Shown: piece by piece, positions 8,563 to 18,894 of the stretch | Numbering within the stretch: position 1 is the stretch's first letter | How the letters are laid out: the number at the start of each line of letters is the position of its first letter | Assembly (NCBI GenBank): GCA_963749495.1 | Contig: CAVVMW010000010.1 | Coordinates: forward strand, 448,001-512,000 | From: an uncultured bacterium | GTDB lineage: Bacteria > Verrucomicrobiota > Verrucomicrobiia > Limisphaerales > UBA8199 | Length of the DNA: 64,000 nucleotides | Reading direction: 5' to 3' | Made by a program: the position numbers and the translations under genes | The notes under the pieces: model-generated | What the model saw: the letters and a program-made list of their open reading frames with translations, nothing else | Database searches by the model: none | What the model was told of the DNA's origin: nothing

Positions 8563-10880
8563 TTAAGGGCGGAGGCGATAGAAGCGCGTGATGCCTAAAG
8601 ACGAGTTGGTGACCACGCACTCGGTTCCGTCCAGTGTGACTGGTTCGTCGACGGCGTGCCAGTCGGCTAGATTGACCGAGGTTTCAAGTGAAAGGCACCG
8701 TCCGGCAGCCGGCCAAGAAAGCCGGACATCGTGGCCCGCGCGGCTGATTGACAGGGAATCGGGAATATGCCAAATGGCGAAGTTATAGGAAGGCTTGGCT
8801 CCGGCGGAGGCAAAACTGCCACCGACGAAGAGCTCGCTCCCATTGGCTGCCAGCACGCAGACGGCCTCGCCTGCCCCTCCTGCACCACTGCCCAGGGCTG
8901 CCCAGTTCGTGCCATCCCATTTGGCAAGGTTCCTGGCCGGAACGGCCCCGGCGTGTGAGAAACTGCCACCGACGTAGAGGTCCCTGCCGTTGACCACCAT
9001 GGACGACGCTGCGCCGTCAAGCCCACCGGCGAGCGGGGTCCAGTTGGTCCCGTCCCATTTGGCGATGTTGGTCGCATTGACTCCGCCGGCCGATATGAAG
9101 ACCCCGCCGGCATACAAATCGCAACCCATTAGTGCCAAGGCGTTGATCACGCCGCCGGCGTATGGGTACGGCTGGAAAACTCCGGTGGATAAGGGGGTCC
9201 AGTTGGCCCCATCCCAAGCGGCAATGCCATTGGCGGCAATGTCACCAGCGGCAGTAAACGCACCCCCGACGTAGAGCATGTTACTGCCGGCGGCAAGCGC
9301 CGTGACGTAAGGAGGGTATTCAGTCCGACCAACGCCAACGCCCAATGGCGACCAGCCACTCCCGTCCCACTTGGCGACACCATTCGCGGGGCAACCGCTC
9401 ATCGAGTTGAACATCCCGCCCGCAAGGAGGTTGGACCCGTTTGCGAGGAGGGTGTAAACCTGGGGCCGGTACGAAAGCAGTCCCGGCGAACCTGCATAGC
9501 CTAAAGTCACCCAGTTCGTACCGTCCCATTTCATCACGCCATTCTCGGCAGCGATGGCATAGAGGCCGTCTGGACTGGCTGCGAGCCCCCAGAGGAGCAT
9601 TTGACTCGATGAGGACGTGAGGCTGGCATCCGCTGCCGACCAGTTGGTGCCGTTCCATTTCCCCAGGCCGCCAACGGCGGCGTTCGTCGCCGATTGAAAG
9701 ATGCCGCCGACGTAAACGGAGTCTGCGACCGCCACCATGGCCTGCACGCTCTGCGGAAGGCCAAACCCACCCCCCAGGCCAGACCAGTTGGTTCCGTTCC
9801 ACCGGGCGATTCCACGAGCACAGATCCCGCCAGCGCTCGAGAAAGGCCGGCTGCGTACAAAGAGCCTCCGCTGAACGCCAGGCGGGTGCTGCTAATAATG
9901 GAGCTTGGCAACCCAGCGCCCAGGCTCGTCCATTGCCCTCCATCCCACCGGGCAATGCCCTCGGCTGGAGTCGCATCAACGCCAACGAAAAGCCCTGAGA
10001 TATAGATCTCGTTGCCGTCAACCACCATGTCGTCGGCGGATGCCGACCTGTCGCAACAAGGAACACTAAACTGGCCTGCCACGGCAGCGGTCCAACTGGT
10101 TCCATCCCATTTCCAAATGAAAAAGTGCGATTCGTACCTCATTCCACTGGCAAGAGAGAAAGCGAGCACGTCAGAGCCCGACGCTCGAATCGCCGCAGGA
10201 GCCACGGGCAAACCGACGCCGAGTGCCAGCCAACTCGTTCCGTTCCACCTGGCGATGTTGGTTGCGGCCGCGGTTCCGGCTCGCGAAAACCACCCGGCCA
10301 CATACACATCGTTGCCGACCACACAAACTGCCGTGGCGGGCCCGCTGAGTCCCCCGCCCACATCTAGCCACTTCGTCCCGTCCCACATCGAGACGTTTGA
10401 GGCTGCCACTCCACCCGCGGCGCTGAAGCTGCCCACAGCGAAAATATCGGTTCCGACGGCGGCCAGAGCTGCGACCGGGCCGTCAAACCCGGCGCCAAGG
10501 CTTGACCAGTTGGCCCCATCCCACCTGGCAATATTGGTGGCGCTCGCTCCTCCGGCTTGTGAAAAACTCCCCCCCGCTATCACGTCGGACCCAATGAGCG
10601 CAATGGCCCCGACATCGCCGTTGACACCAGCTCCGAGAGCCCACCAATTTGTCCCATCCCACCGGGCGATGTTGTTGGCAGGCACGCCACCCGCGGAGCT
10701 GAATCGGCCACCGACGTAAACTTGATCGCCCTGGATAGCGACAGCGGCGACGCTCCCATCAACGCCAGAACCGCCAAACCGATCGTCCCAGTTCGCGTCT
10801 TCCGAGGCCGGTAAGGCACGCCAAGGCGGAAGAGTCACCAGGAGGAGCAAGATCTCGAATGTGAGTTCCTTCAGATTCAT
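8563..10880 (-). CDS. Secreted beta-propeller protein (YVGGxF...NIAxWDGTNW repeats) with RFYR C-terminal domain; one frameshift near 9843
   Basis: Signal peptide; about 12 repeats across two frames; adding one T at 9842-9844 gives GLFSSAGGICARGIARWNGTNW. Confidence 0.8.
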
Positions 10881-11022
10881 ACGTCAGCGAGCGTTGTGCT
10901 CGCCCGTAGCGGAGGCTACTCACTAGCGCCGCAAAGTCAAAGCAAAAAGCAGTCCTGCTTGACTTTTCATTCCGCCCGGCCAGATTGCCGCGAGTCATGA
11001 ACGACATCACCAGCTTATCCCC

Positions 11023-11895
11023 ATGACAACGCGCGCCGCGACCGAATACCGTTACGAAAAACTCACGTGGCCTGAAATCAATGACGCCATTGAGTCGGGC
11101 AAGGTGTGCATCGTGCCTTGCGGCGCAATCGAGCAGCACGGACCGCACTTGCCGTTGGACGTCAATGTCGTCTGCCCCGTGGAAATCGCCCGCGGCGCCG
11201 GTCGGCAAGCGCCCGAGTTGCTCCTGGTCCTGCCGCCGGTCTGCTACGGCTACACCGGCCATGTGCTCGATTTCCCGGGCACCATCAACAGCGATTTCGA
11301 GCATTTCATCCACCACGTGCTGGACATCACCAAGTCCCTGGCCTACCACGGCTTCAAAAAAATCCTGCTCCTCAACGGCCATGGCTCGAACATGCCCAAT
11401 CTCGACTTGGTTGCCCGCCGCACCAACCTGGAGACCGACGCCGAGTGCATCGCGGCAGGCTGGTGGAGCTTTCTCACCGTGGACAAGAGCTTTCTTCCGC
11501 GCTGGCGTCAGAGCAAATTCCCCGGCGGCTGCTCACACGCCTGCGAGCTGGAAACCTCGCTCTACCTCTACCTGGATGGGGACAATGTGCGCAAAGACCA
11601 AATCCGCAACGGCACGATCAGCATCAACGACGAAGAGAGTCCCTTCAATTGGATGGACCTGTTCGCGGCAGGTCCCGCGACCTTGGTTTCCTGGACCAGC
11701 AGTTATTCAGCAACCGGCACGCTCGGTTCCGCCGAACTGGCGTCCTCCGAGAAGGGCCGCCAGGCATACGAAGAAGCGGTCACCCAACTCCTGCGCTTCA
11801 TCCGTTACTTCAAGAACCGCCCCGTGGACGTCCGCCGCGATCACCATCGCCGGGCGCCGACGATGCCCATGCCTTGGGGGCAAAAGTCCGTCTGA
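11023..11895 (+). CDS. Creatininase/MftE-family amidohydrolase
   Basis: GAIEQHGPHLP, FPGT, LLNGHGSN, HACELETS. Confidence 0.9.
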   Translation: MTTRAATEYRYEKLTWPEINDAIESGKVCIVPCGAIEQHGPHLPLDVNVVCPVEIARGAGRQAPELLLVLPPVCYGYTGHVLDFPGTINSDFEHFIHHVLDITKSLAYHGFKKILLLNGHGSNMPNLDLVARRTNLETDAECIAAGWWSFLTVDKSFLPRWRQSKFPGGCSHACELETSLYLYLDGDNVRKDQIRNGTISINDEESPFNWMDLFAAGPATLVSWTSSYSATGTLGSAELASSEKGRQAYEEAVTQLLRFIRYFKNRPVDVRRDHHRRAPTMPMPWGQKSV

Positions 11896-11903
11896 TCGCG
11901 TGG

Positions 11904-13369
11904 ATGGCTAATACTCAGAACCCACCCTCCGGCTTCGCCGGTGTCCAGCCGACCCGCGTGCGCTACCTGGTGCTGGTCCTCCTCTGTTCGCTGGCCTGCC
12001 TGACCTACCTTGACCGCATCTGCATCATGCGCGTGCAGGGTGACATCGAACACGACCTCGATCTGGGCCGGCTCTCCGCCCGCGACGAGCAGGCCCTGTC
12101 GGCGAAGGGGCTGGCCAACGACACTGACGCGCGGACCAGGCTGGCCCAAGACCGCGCCACCGAACGGATGAGCTGGGTCTTCTCAGCCTTTGTGCTCGGG
12201 TATGTCTTGTTCGGTCTGCCCGGGGGCTGGTTGGCAGACCGGTTCCGCCCGCGGGCCGTCATCCTGCTGATCGTGCTCTGGTGGTCCTTGTTCACGGCCC
12301 TGACCGGCGGGGTCAGGGCCTTGGCCGGCCTGACTTTTCGCCACCCCGATCCCTGGACGTTCCTGGCGACGATGGTGCTGGTGCGCTTTCTTTTTGGCCT
12401 GGGCGAGGCGGGCGCGTATCCGAGTATCGCGCGGGCGCTGGGCCGGTGGTTCCCGTTCCGGGAGCGTGGGACGGCTCAGGGCGCGATTTGGCTCTCCAGC
12501 CGGTTCGGCGGGGCCATTGCGCCGGCCATCATCGGCAGCCTCGTGGCGGTGGCCGGGGGCTGGCAACGCGCGTTCTGGATGCTGGGCGCAGCGGGCATGT
12601 TGTGGGCGCTGCTGTTCTTCCTTTGGTTCCGTGACCGGCCGGAGCAAAAGGCCTCGGTCAACCAGGCCGAATGCGAACTGATCCGAGCCGGGGCCGCAGC
12701 GACGGAGTCCATTTACCAGGACGAGGCCCCGGCTCAGGTTCCGTGGGCCCGCCTGTTTTTCTCGCCGAACCTGCTGTGGCTGTATCTGGCTTCGTTCACC
12801 GCCAACTTCAGTTGGTTCTTCAATGTGACCTTTCTGCCCAAGTACTTGAAGGAGCAATTCCACGTGGACTACTCGCACTCGGAGATCATGACCGGCTTGC
12901 CGCTGCTGGCCGGCGGCCTGGCCTGCCTGGCGGGGGGCGGCTCTCCGACGTGTTGATCCGCTCCACGGGCAGCAAGCGATGGGGGCGCAGTCTGCAGGGC
13001 GCCATCGGGCTGGGCGTTGCCGCGTCTTGCGCGCTGACCGTCTCGCGCACCAATTCGGCCTGGCCTGTCATTGTCATCATCTGCATCGGCACGGCATTCC
13101 AGGACCTGGCCCTGCCAGCCATGTGGTCCGCCTCGGTGGACATTGGCGGACGGTGCGCCGGGACGGTGAGTGGCTGTATGAATTCGGTCGGCGCCATCGG
13201 CGCTATGCTCAGCCCGCTGGTCGCCGCCAAGGTCGCTATCCTCTGGAACTGGAAGGCGGTCTTCGTGGTCTTTGCCGCCTCCTATTTCCTGGGCGCCCTG
13301 GCCTGGCTGCGTATGGATGCCAGCCGCCCATTACTGGGGCCCGGGCCACCGCTGGAACCGCTTGCCTAA
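11904..13369 (+). CDS. MFS transporter (ACS/sugar-acid type); one frameshift in G-run 12932-12937
   Basis: YLDRICI, GWLADRF, RFLFGLGEAGAYP, WFPFRERG; second frame GGRLSD...AGTVSGCMN...MDASRPL. Confidence 0.88.
13270..13335 (+). repeat. 66-bp direct repeat, copy 1 (3' end of the MFS gene)
   Basis: Matches 20500-20565 with 5 mismatches. Confidence 0.9.
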
Positions 13370-14118
13370 ACTAATTGAAAGGAATTTGCTTTTTCGCCCC
13401 GCCGCCGGTTTTGACGCTACGCGGGTGAAACGGTTGGTATAGCAACAAAATGGGTGGCGTTCGCCACCGAGGGTTGCCCTCGGATCTGGTCCCGCACCGC
13501 CCGGGCCTTTCGCCGCCACCGCCGCTCCAACTCCCGTCCAAAAGGTGGCGGGACCTGACCTGTCCCGCCATAGCTTTAGCGAAGGCGGATCCTCCGCGTC
13601 TGGCATGTTGACCCGCTATCCTGTCCATGCTGCATCACAGACTACCTATGGCGCTGGTGATTTGCCGGCCGAAATTGAAGTCCTCTATCCGCCGCATCCG
13701 CTGGTGGGTTGCCGTTTGAAAGTCGTTGGGCAACGTCGACAGGGTCAAGATTGGTCTTGGCAGGTCGTTTTGCCCGAGGGCACTCATGCCAACTTGCCTT
13801 CTAATTGGACAGACCACCCCGGCCCGCAAGGGCCACCGAGAATCTCCATGTGCGCCACCCGCAGCAGCCCGTCCGCGTTGCGCGAACTGCTTCCACTGCT
13901 CCGCGTGCTTGCTCGCGCTGAGCCGCCCCTCAGGCCCCAGCACGCGCCAGCGCCCCCCAAGTTGCGCCAAAACCATCAAAAACCGACAAAACCTTCCTCT
14001 TGATCCTCGGGCCATCTTCTGGCAGCATCCGACCGTAGTGAGTGAGACCAAGAACCAATTCTCCCTCACCCGCGCAGCGTCAAACCGTCGGCGCGGCAAG
14101 AACCAAATTCTTATCAGT
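13370..14118. mobile_element. Non-autonomous element with ~55-bp imperfect terminal inverted repeats, carrying a DUF5372-like ORF
   Basis: Left end TGAAAGGAATTTGC...TTTGACGCTACGCGGGTGA versus reverse complement of right end TGATAAGAATTTGG...TTTGACGCTGCGCGGGTGA; TAA on both flanks; truncates the LRR gene. Confidence 0.7.
13605..14003 (+). CDS. DUF5372 / Y4bD-Y4pK-like small protein (usually found with serine-recombinase elements)
   Basis: EVLYPPHPLVG..L.VV...VVLPEGTHANLPSNWTD resembles the HPL..G / LP.xWTD family pattern; recognised by eye only. Confidence 0.55.
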   Translation: MLTRYPVHAASQTTYGAGDLPAEIEVLYPPHPLVGCRLKVVGQRRQGQDWSWQVVLPEGTHANLPSNWTDHPGPQGPPRISMCATRSSPSALRELLPLLRVLARAEPPLRPQHAPAPPKLRQNHQKPTKPSS

Positions 14119-14975
14119 TAAACGTTGGTCAGACTGGTGCAGCCCTCGAAGCAATACGTTCCGATGCTGGTGACGCTGTTAGGGATGGTGATCCTGGTCA
14201 ACTCTGTACATCCCCCGAACGCGAGCTGCGAGATGCTGCTGACGCCGTTGCCTATCGTGATGTTGGTCAGGCTGCTGTCTAGAGTCCTTGAATTTCAAAA
14301 CATGATGCAGACAGGTCAAGTTTGTGGCACGGGCATCCTGCCCGTGGGGGCTTGGGCAAGATGCCCAATCCACGGTCTGAGGCCCTGCCTCGCTAGAGCA
14401 AAAGCTGAGTCTCCGACGTGGGTGACGCTGTCAGGAATTGTAATGCTGGTCAGGCTCGTGCACTCGTAAAGCGCCTCCTCATCGATATTGGTGACGCTGC
14501 TGGGAATCGTGAGCGCAGCCAGGCGGGTGCATCGAAAGAAGGCTCCAAATCCAATAGTGGCGACGCTGTCGCCGATCGTTACCTTGTTGAGGTTCGAGCA
14601 ATTGTCGAACGCCCATTCTCCTATGCTGGTCATGCTATTGGGAATCGAGACACTGGTTAGGTCGATCCAGCCCTGGAACACGTTGCCTCCGATGCTGGTG
14701 ACTGGCAGGCCATCGATCGTGTCTGGGATGGTCACCGCACCACTTGGACCTGTGTATCCCATAATCGCGATAGTGCCGTTATTGGTCGTGCATATGAAAT
14801 CACTAGGCTGCTGCGCTGTTGCCGCCGGTGGCATCCGCACCACAATGAACGCGAGAAGGATGATAAGGCACTTGCAATGGTGCTCAAGATACACTCGTGC
14901 CAAACGCGAAATCCCCCTGTGCCGGACTGCCAGCTTATCAGAACAGGCCGCCTTCCAGGCAAATGCTCTTCGCAC
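14118..14975 (-). pseudogene. BspA-type leucine-rich repeat (LRR_5) surface protein, interrupted by a 114-bp insert and truncated by the TIR element
   Basis: NNGTIAIMGYTG..VTIPDTIDGLPVTSIG; LTSITIPDSVT repeats resume in frame after the insert (SSLTNITIGNGV...CTSLTNV*). Confidence 0.85.
14279..14398. mobile_element. 114-bp REP-containing mini-insertion flanked by a CTAGAG direct repeat
   Basis: CTAGAG at 14279 and 14393; GTGGCACGGGCATCCTGCCCGTG palindrome inside; removal restores SAFALDSSLTN. Confidence 0.8.
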
Positions 14976-15255
14976 GAGCCAACTTTAACGCTTCACCGAG
15001 CCAGGTCAAGAGCCAATTTCAGGGCACAACACACACTTCAGCATCCTCCTGGTCGAGCCCGGCTTCACCCCGGCCGATACGCTGCCAAGCCTCTCTGAAC
15101 TGCTCCTGGTCGTAGTCAGCAGCCTCATTACGAAACCGTGCTCACGGATTGAGAATCGTCCTCCGGAAGGCCGGTTCGGAGGGGCCTGCCCGGTCGCGGC
15201 CTCTTCCCGGCTCGGTCGCCACGGAGCCGGCGTCCCTGCCGCGCAACTTTCGGCC

Positions 15256-15463
15256 GCTGAGCCGACCCTCAGGCCCGACCACGCGCCAGAGCCCCCATGT
15301 TGCGCCAAAATCATCAAAAACCGGCAAAACTCTCCGCTTGACTCTCTGGTCCTCTTCTGGCAGCATCCGACCGTAATGAGCGTGGCCAGAAACCAATTGT
15401 CCCTCACCCGCGAAGCGTCAAAAGCGGCGCGGCGGCAAAAAAAGCAATTTCTTATCAGTAGTT
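15256..15463 (+). repeat. Second, diverged copy of the ~200-bp right end of the 13370-14118 element
   Basis: Colinear with 13917-14118 (GCTGAGCCG..CCTCAGGCCC, TTGCGCCAAAA.CATCAAAAACC, CTTCTGGCAGCATCCGACCGTA, TTCTTATCAGT). Confidence 0.9.
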
Positions 15464-15567
15464 GCTTGACAGTCCCGGGGTTGGTGATCAACCATCAAGC
15501 CGTGTTTCGGCCAGATGGACCGCGCGGGTGATGCGGTTCATCCCTTCCGGGAGCACGAGTGCACTTT

Positions 15568-17724
15568 ATGAGGCGTTCCGTTCTCTTGTTGGCCTCCATC
15601 TTCTTCCTGGGCCTGGGGAGGCCACCGCTGACTTTCGGGCAGATCCCGCCAGGCAAACACGAGTTGGTTTTGAACGCAACGGTGATTTACACCGGCGATT
15701 CGCACTGGTCCCAGCCCGGGGAGCAGTATGACGAGTCGGTGACGGTCACCGTCAGCGGGACGACGCGATGGCCGATGAGTGTAGATTACTCTGGCTACCT
15801 AGCCCCCTCCGGGCCACCGACGAAGGACTACGCCATTTCGGTTGAAGGCTATGGAACCGACGCATATGACGCCCTGGGCACCAGCAAATGGTCCTTTTAC
15901 AGGGCAAGCGGTTGGGAGGATGAAGACTTCTTCCTGGGAGTGAATTTCTCGGCGCAAGACGGATACGCGGATTTCGAGGAGGGCAGCTTCCCGCCGATCG
16001 CGGTGGACGGAGTGGACGTTTTTGGCGGCGAGATCGACAGCGGAGGCTGGGGTTACGAGGCCCTTCACTCCGCCTGGGTCAATTGGGACGAGGTGAAGAA
16101 TGGCCGGATGACCTTCGCCACCAACGCGCCGCAGATCTCGGCCTCAGGCCAAGGCCTGGCCCAATCCTCCCTCCACATCACCGACCCGGGAATGGCCCCG
16201 GTCCAATCACAGGGCTCGATGCAGGCCACCTTCAGCATCACGGTTGATGAGCCGGAGTTTGATGTGGTCATCATCCCGCCGGAGGACTTTGACCAGTGGA
16301 TTCCGCAAGCGGGGGCGGACGAAAAGACCCCTGGCAACAGCCTCGTGGTGCAGTTGGAGATTCGAGCCAAGGACGCGACGAACGCGCCAGCCGGCCAAGG
16401 CACTTTTGAAATCAACCTGCTGAACACCTCGCAAGAGCCCGGCATCTGCCTCAACTTTCCCGGCATGGACCAGGCCACCCAGGATTACGACCTTCAGATC
16501 GATGGCACCTCCGGGATTCAAGTGGCCGAAGATGGGCAGAGCGGCCAAACCACCAACGCCGCCCAATCCTGCTTCGTGTCGCTCACCAGCTATGATTACG
16601 GCGCGTACGGCCAACTCAGGGTTCAAGCCACAGTCCAAGGCAAGAAATACATGGGGCACGTCGATGGCCAGCCGGACCAATATGACCTCACCGTTCCGCT
16701 GGATGACAACCAGAATCACATCGCCGATGCCTGGGAAAAGCAGATGGGGGTGTATGATCAGAATTTGGCGCCGGATTGGGACGAGGTGGACTACCCGACC
16801 GACCACAGGAGCAAAGGGGACGGCATCGGGCTTTATGAGCGATACCGGGGGTTCCAATTCCAGGGGCTGTACGAGCGGTTGACCCCCACCAACAAGTACG
16901 TGTTCGTTTACGACCCCGACGATCTGGTCAAGAACCTGGCGCAAGGAAAATACTCCCGGAGCAGCAGCTTCCCCGTGGTTTCAGGGTGCCTCACCCGGTT
17001 TGTGGAGGACGACGAATGGACCGGCCCGGGCAAGGCGTCCGCCTTTCACCGCGTCGTCAATTTCAACTCGTCCGGCTTCGGCCACGCCGTTGACCAACAC
17101 GCCATCCAGGTCATTATGGACATCGAGGACACGCCCGAAGTGCCGCCAGATTGGGATAGCCTCTGGAAGTCGAAGGCTTCCGGCGGCCAAAGCTGGGGCG
17201 CCACTAATTCGTTGCAGAGCGTGCTGGGCATGACCTGGCCCGATTACACGACTTCCGGATTCGACAGTCCGCTCAACACCTTTCTCATCACTATCTACCC
17301 TCCGCTCTTCGAGACGGAGATTCGCGGTTTTGTCATCTACCACACCTGGGGCTTGCCCGCCTACACCAACTACCCGGCCTTGTCGCCGGCCGACCAGCAG
17401 AATATGGAGGATGCTGTGGCCGCCGCCGCGGACGCTTATATCGCCGCCAATCCTGACGCCAAGAAAGAGCGCTACTTCAAACGGCTGGCCGACGTGACGA
17501 CGCACGAAATGGGCCACGGCCTGGGCATCCGTCACCATGCTCCCACGGGGGCCGGGGAAATGGAGTGCGTCTTGCGCTATTTTGGCTTCGAGTTTCCCAG
17601 GAACCCCAACGACCGGTTCGAACTGACGGCCCGGTCGCCCTGGCCCGACATCTATTGCCGGAGCGCCGACCACACGGCCAATGGCCGCGGCTGCTGGTAT
17701 CAAATCAAAGTCACCGACCGCTAA
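15568..17724 (+). CDS. Secreted protein with C-terminal metzincin-type zinc motif
   Basis: Signal peptide; HEMGHGLGIRH (HExxHxxGxxH); DDNQNHIADAWE and GDGIGLYERYRGF acidic motifs. Confidence 0.75.
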   Translation: MRRSVLLLASIFFLGLGRPPLTFGQIPPGKHELVLNATVIYTGDSHWSQPGEQYDESVTVTVSGTTRWPMSVDYSGYLAPSGPPTKDYAISVEGYGTDAYDALGTSKWSFYRASGWEDEDFFLGVNFSAQDGYADFEEGSFPPIAVDGVDVFGGEIDSGGWGYEALHSAWVNWDEVKNGRMTFATNAPQISASGQGLAQSSLHITDPGMAPVQSQGSMQATFSITVDEPEFDVVIIPPEDFDQWIPQAGADEKTPGNSLVVQLEIRAKDATNAPAGQGTFEINLLNTSQEPGICLNFPGMDQATQDYDLQIDGTSGIQVAEDGQSGQTTNAAQSCFVSLTSYDYGAYGQLRVQATVQGKKYMGHVDGQPDQYDLTVPLDDNQNHIADAWEKQMGVYDQNLAPDWDEVDYPTDHRSKGDGIGLYERYRGFQFQGLYERLTPTNKYVFVYDPDDLVKNLAQGKYSRSSSFPVVSGCLTRFVEDDEWTGPGKASAFHRVVNFNSSGFGHAVDQHAIQVIMDIEDTPEVPPDWDSLWKSKASGGQSWGATNSLQSVLGMTWPDYTTSGFDSPLNTFLITIYPPLFETEIRGFVIYHTWGLPAYTNYPALSPADQQNMEDAVAAAADAYIAANPDAKKERYFKRLADVTTHEMGHGLGIRHHAPTGAGEMECVLRYFGFEFPRNPNDRFELTARSPWPDIYCRSADHTANGRGCWYQIKVTDR

Positions 17725-17739
17725 CCCCCAGGAACCGCT

Positions 17740-18855
17740 ATGAAATCCAAATCGGAGTTCGAGATCGCCCGACGCGTGCGCCGTTGCTTTGCGGGAATCG
17801 CTCTGGGGTGCCTGGTGGCCGCGTCGGCACCGCGACAAGCCGGGGCCCAGAGCAACAACGCTCCTCCTTTGAAGATCACCGCCAGCCTGAGCTGGGACGG
17901 CATGTTTGAGGACGACCCACTGCGCGTGCGCGTTCGCTTGAGTTGCCCCCAGGCAAGCCGGGCGGTCGCCATCCAGATGCGCCTAATCGAGGCCGGCCAA
18001 CCTCCGGGCGACCCGGTCGTCCCCCCAGCGATCGCCACCAACTGGCAGGACGGCGTCCAATTGAGCTTGTACCAGGTCGATGCGAATCAAAACCTGGTCT
18101 TAACCATGGGGCCGGACCAGTGGCCGCCGTATTTGCGTCCCCTCGCTGGCGACGCCCCCACGTTCGAGGGATTGCCCGCCGCTCGATCCCGCGAATGGTT
18201 GGTTCCCGACACGGTAGCTGGGCTTACGGAAGGCGGTTACGTGGTGACGGTGGCCTGGAATGGGACGGGCCTGACGGACACCAACCTGCTTCCGGCGGAC
18301 GGGGTCCTCCACGGGCAGGACCTGCCGTTTGATGTGACAAGTACCGACGGCGATGACGAGCAGGCTACCCACCTTGGCCGACTTGCATTTCAACACTACT
18401 TTTCCGGAGACTACGTCGGTGCGCGAAACTATGGCCAGCAAGCCATCCAACTCGACCCGTCAAACCCTGACCGGGAGCGTATCCAAACCTACTTCGTGGT
18501 CGCCCATTCAGCGTTGTACCTCGATGACTACTTGGGTGGCGCCAATACGTTCCAGAGCCTGGTTTCAACTTTTTCAAGCTCGCTTCCGAACGAGGCGGTT
18601 GATCTCGCCGCCCAAAGGTTCAACCAGCTCGCCCCGAGACTTCAGGTGCCCCCCGCCAGCGGGAACAACCTGCTCAATTTCCGCTTTCAGTTGCTCAGCC
18701 TGCCCGGCCAGCGCTACGTCTCCTACAGCTCAACGGATCTGCAGCATTGGATGCCGTTTAGCACGAACGTCGGCACGGGAGACTGGGTCAATGTGATTGA
18801 CACCAACCCGCCGCCTTCCGCAACGCGCTTCTATCGCTCGGTTATGACCCCCTGA
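17740..18855 (+). CDS. Secreted protein with TPR-like helices and RFYR C-terminal domain
   Basis: Signal peptide (AGA|Q); LGRLAF..GDYVGARNYGQQAIQLDP; SSTDLQHW...DTN...RFYR. Confidence 0.7.
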   Translation: MKSKSEFEIARRVRRCFAGIALGCLVAASAPRQAGAQSNNAPPLKITASLSWDGMFEDDPLRVRVRLSCPQASRAVAIQMRLIEAGQPPGDPVVPPAIATNWQDGVQLSLYQVDANQNLVLTMGPDQWPPYLRPLAGDAPTFEGLPAARSREWLVPDTVAGLTEGGYVVTVAWNGTGLTDTNLLPADGVLHGQDLPFDVTSTDGDDEQATHLGRLAFQHYFSGDYVGARNYGQQAIQLDPSNPDRERIQTYFVVAHSALYLDDYLGGANTFQSLVSTFSSSLPNEAVDLAAQRFNQLAPRLQVPPASGNNLLNFRFQLLSLPGQRYVSYSSTDLQHWMPFSTNVGTGDWVNVIDTNPPPSATRFYRSVMTP

Positions 18856-18894
18856 GGAGGGGCGGCGCAGGGGGACGCCGTTGTCCGGTGCATG

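Noticed and set aside
11106..11903. 616-aa ORF suggesting a long N-terminal extension on the MFS
   Set aside because: The extension overlaps the creatininase gene out of frame; the real start is ATG 11904.
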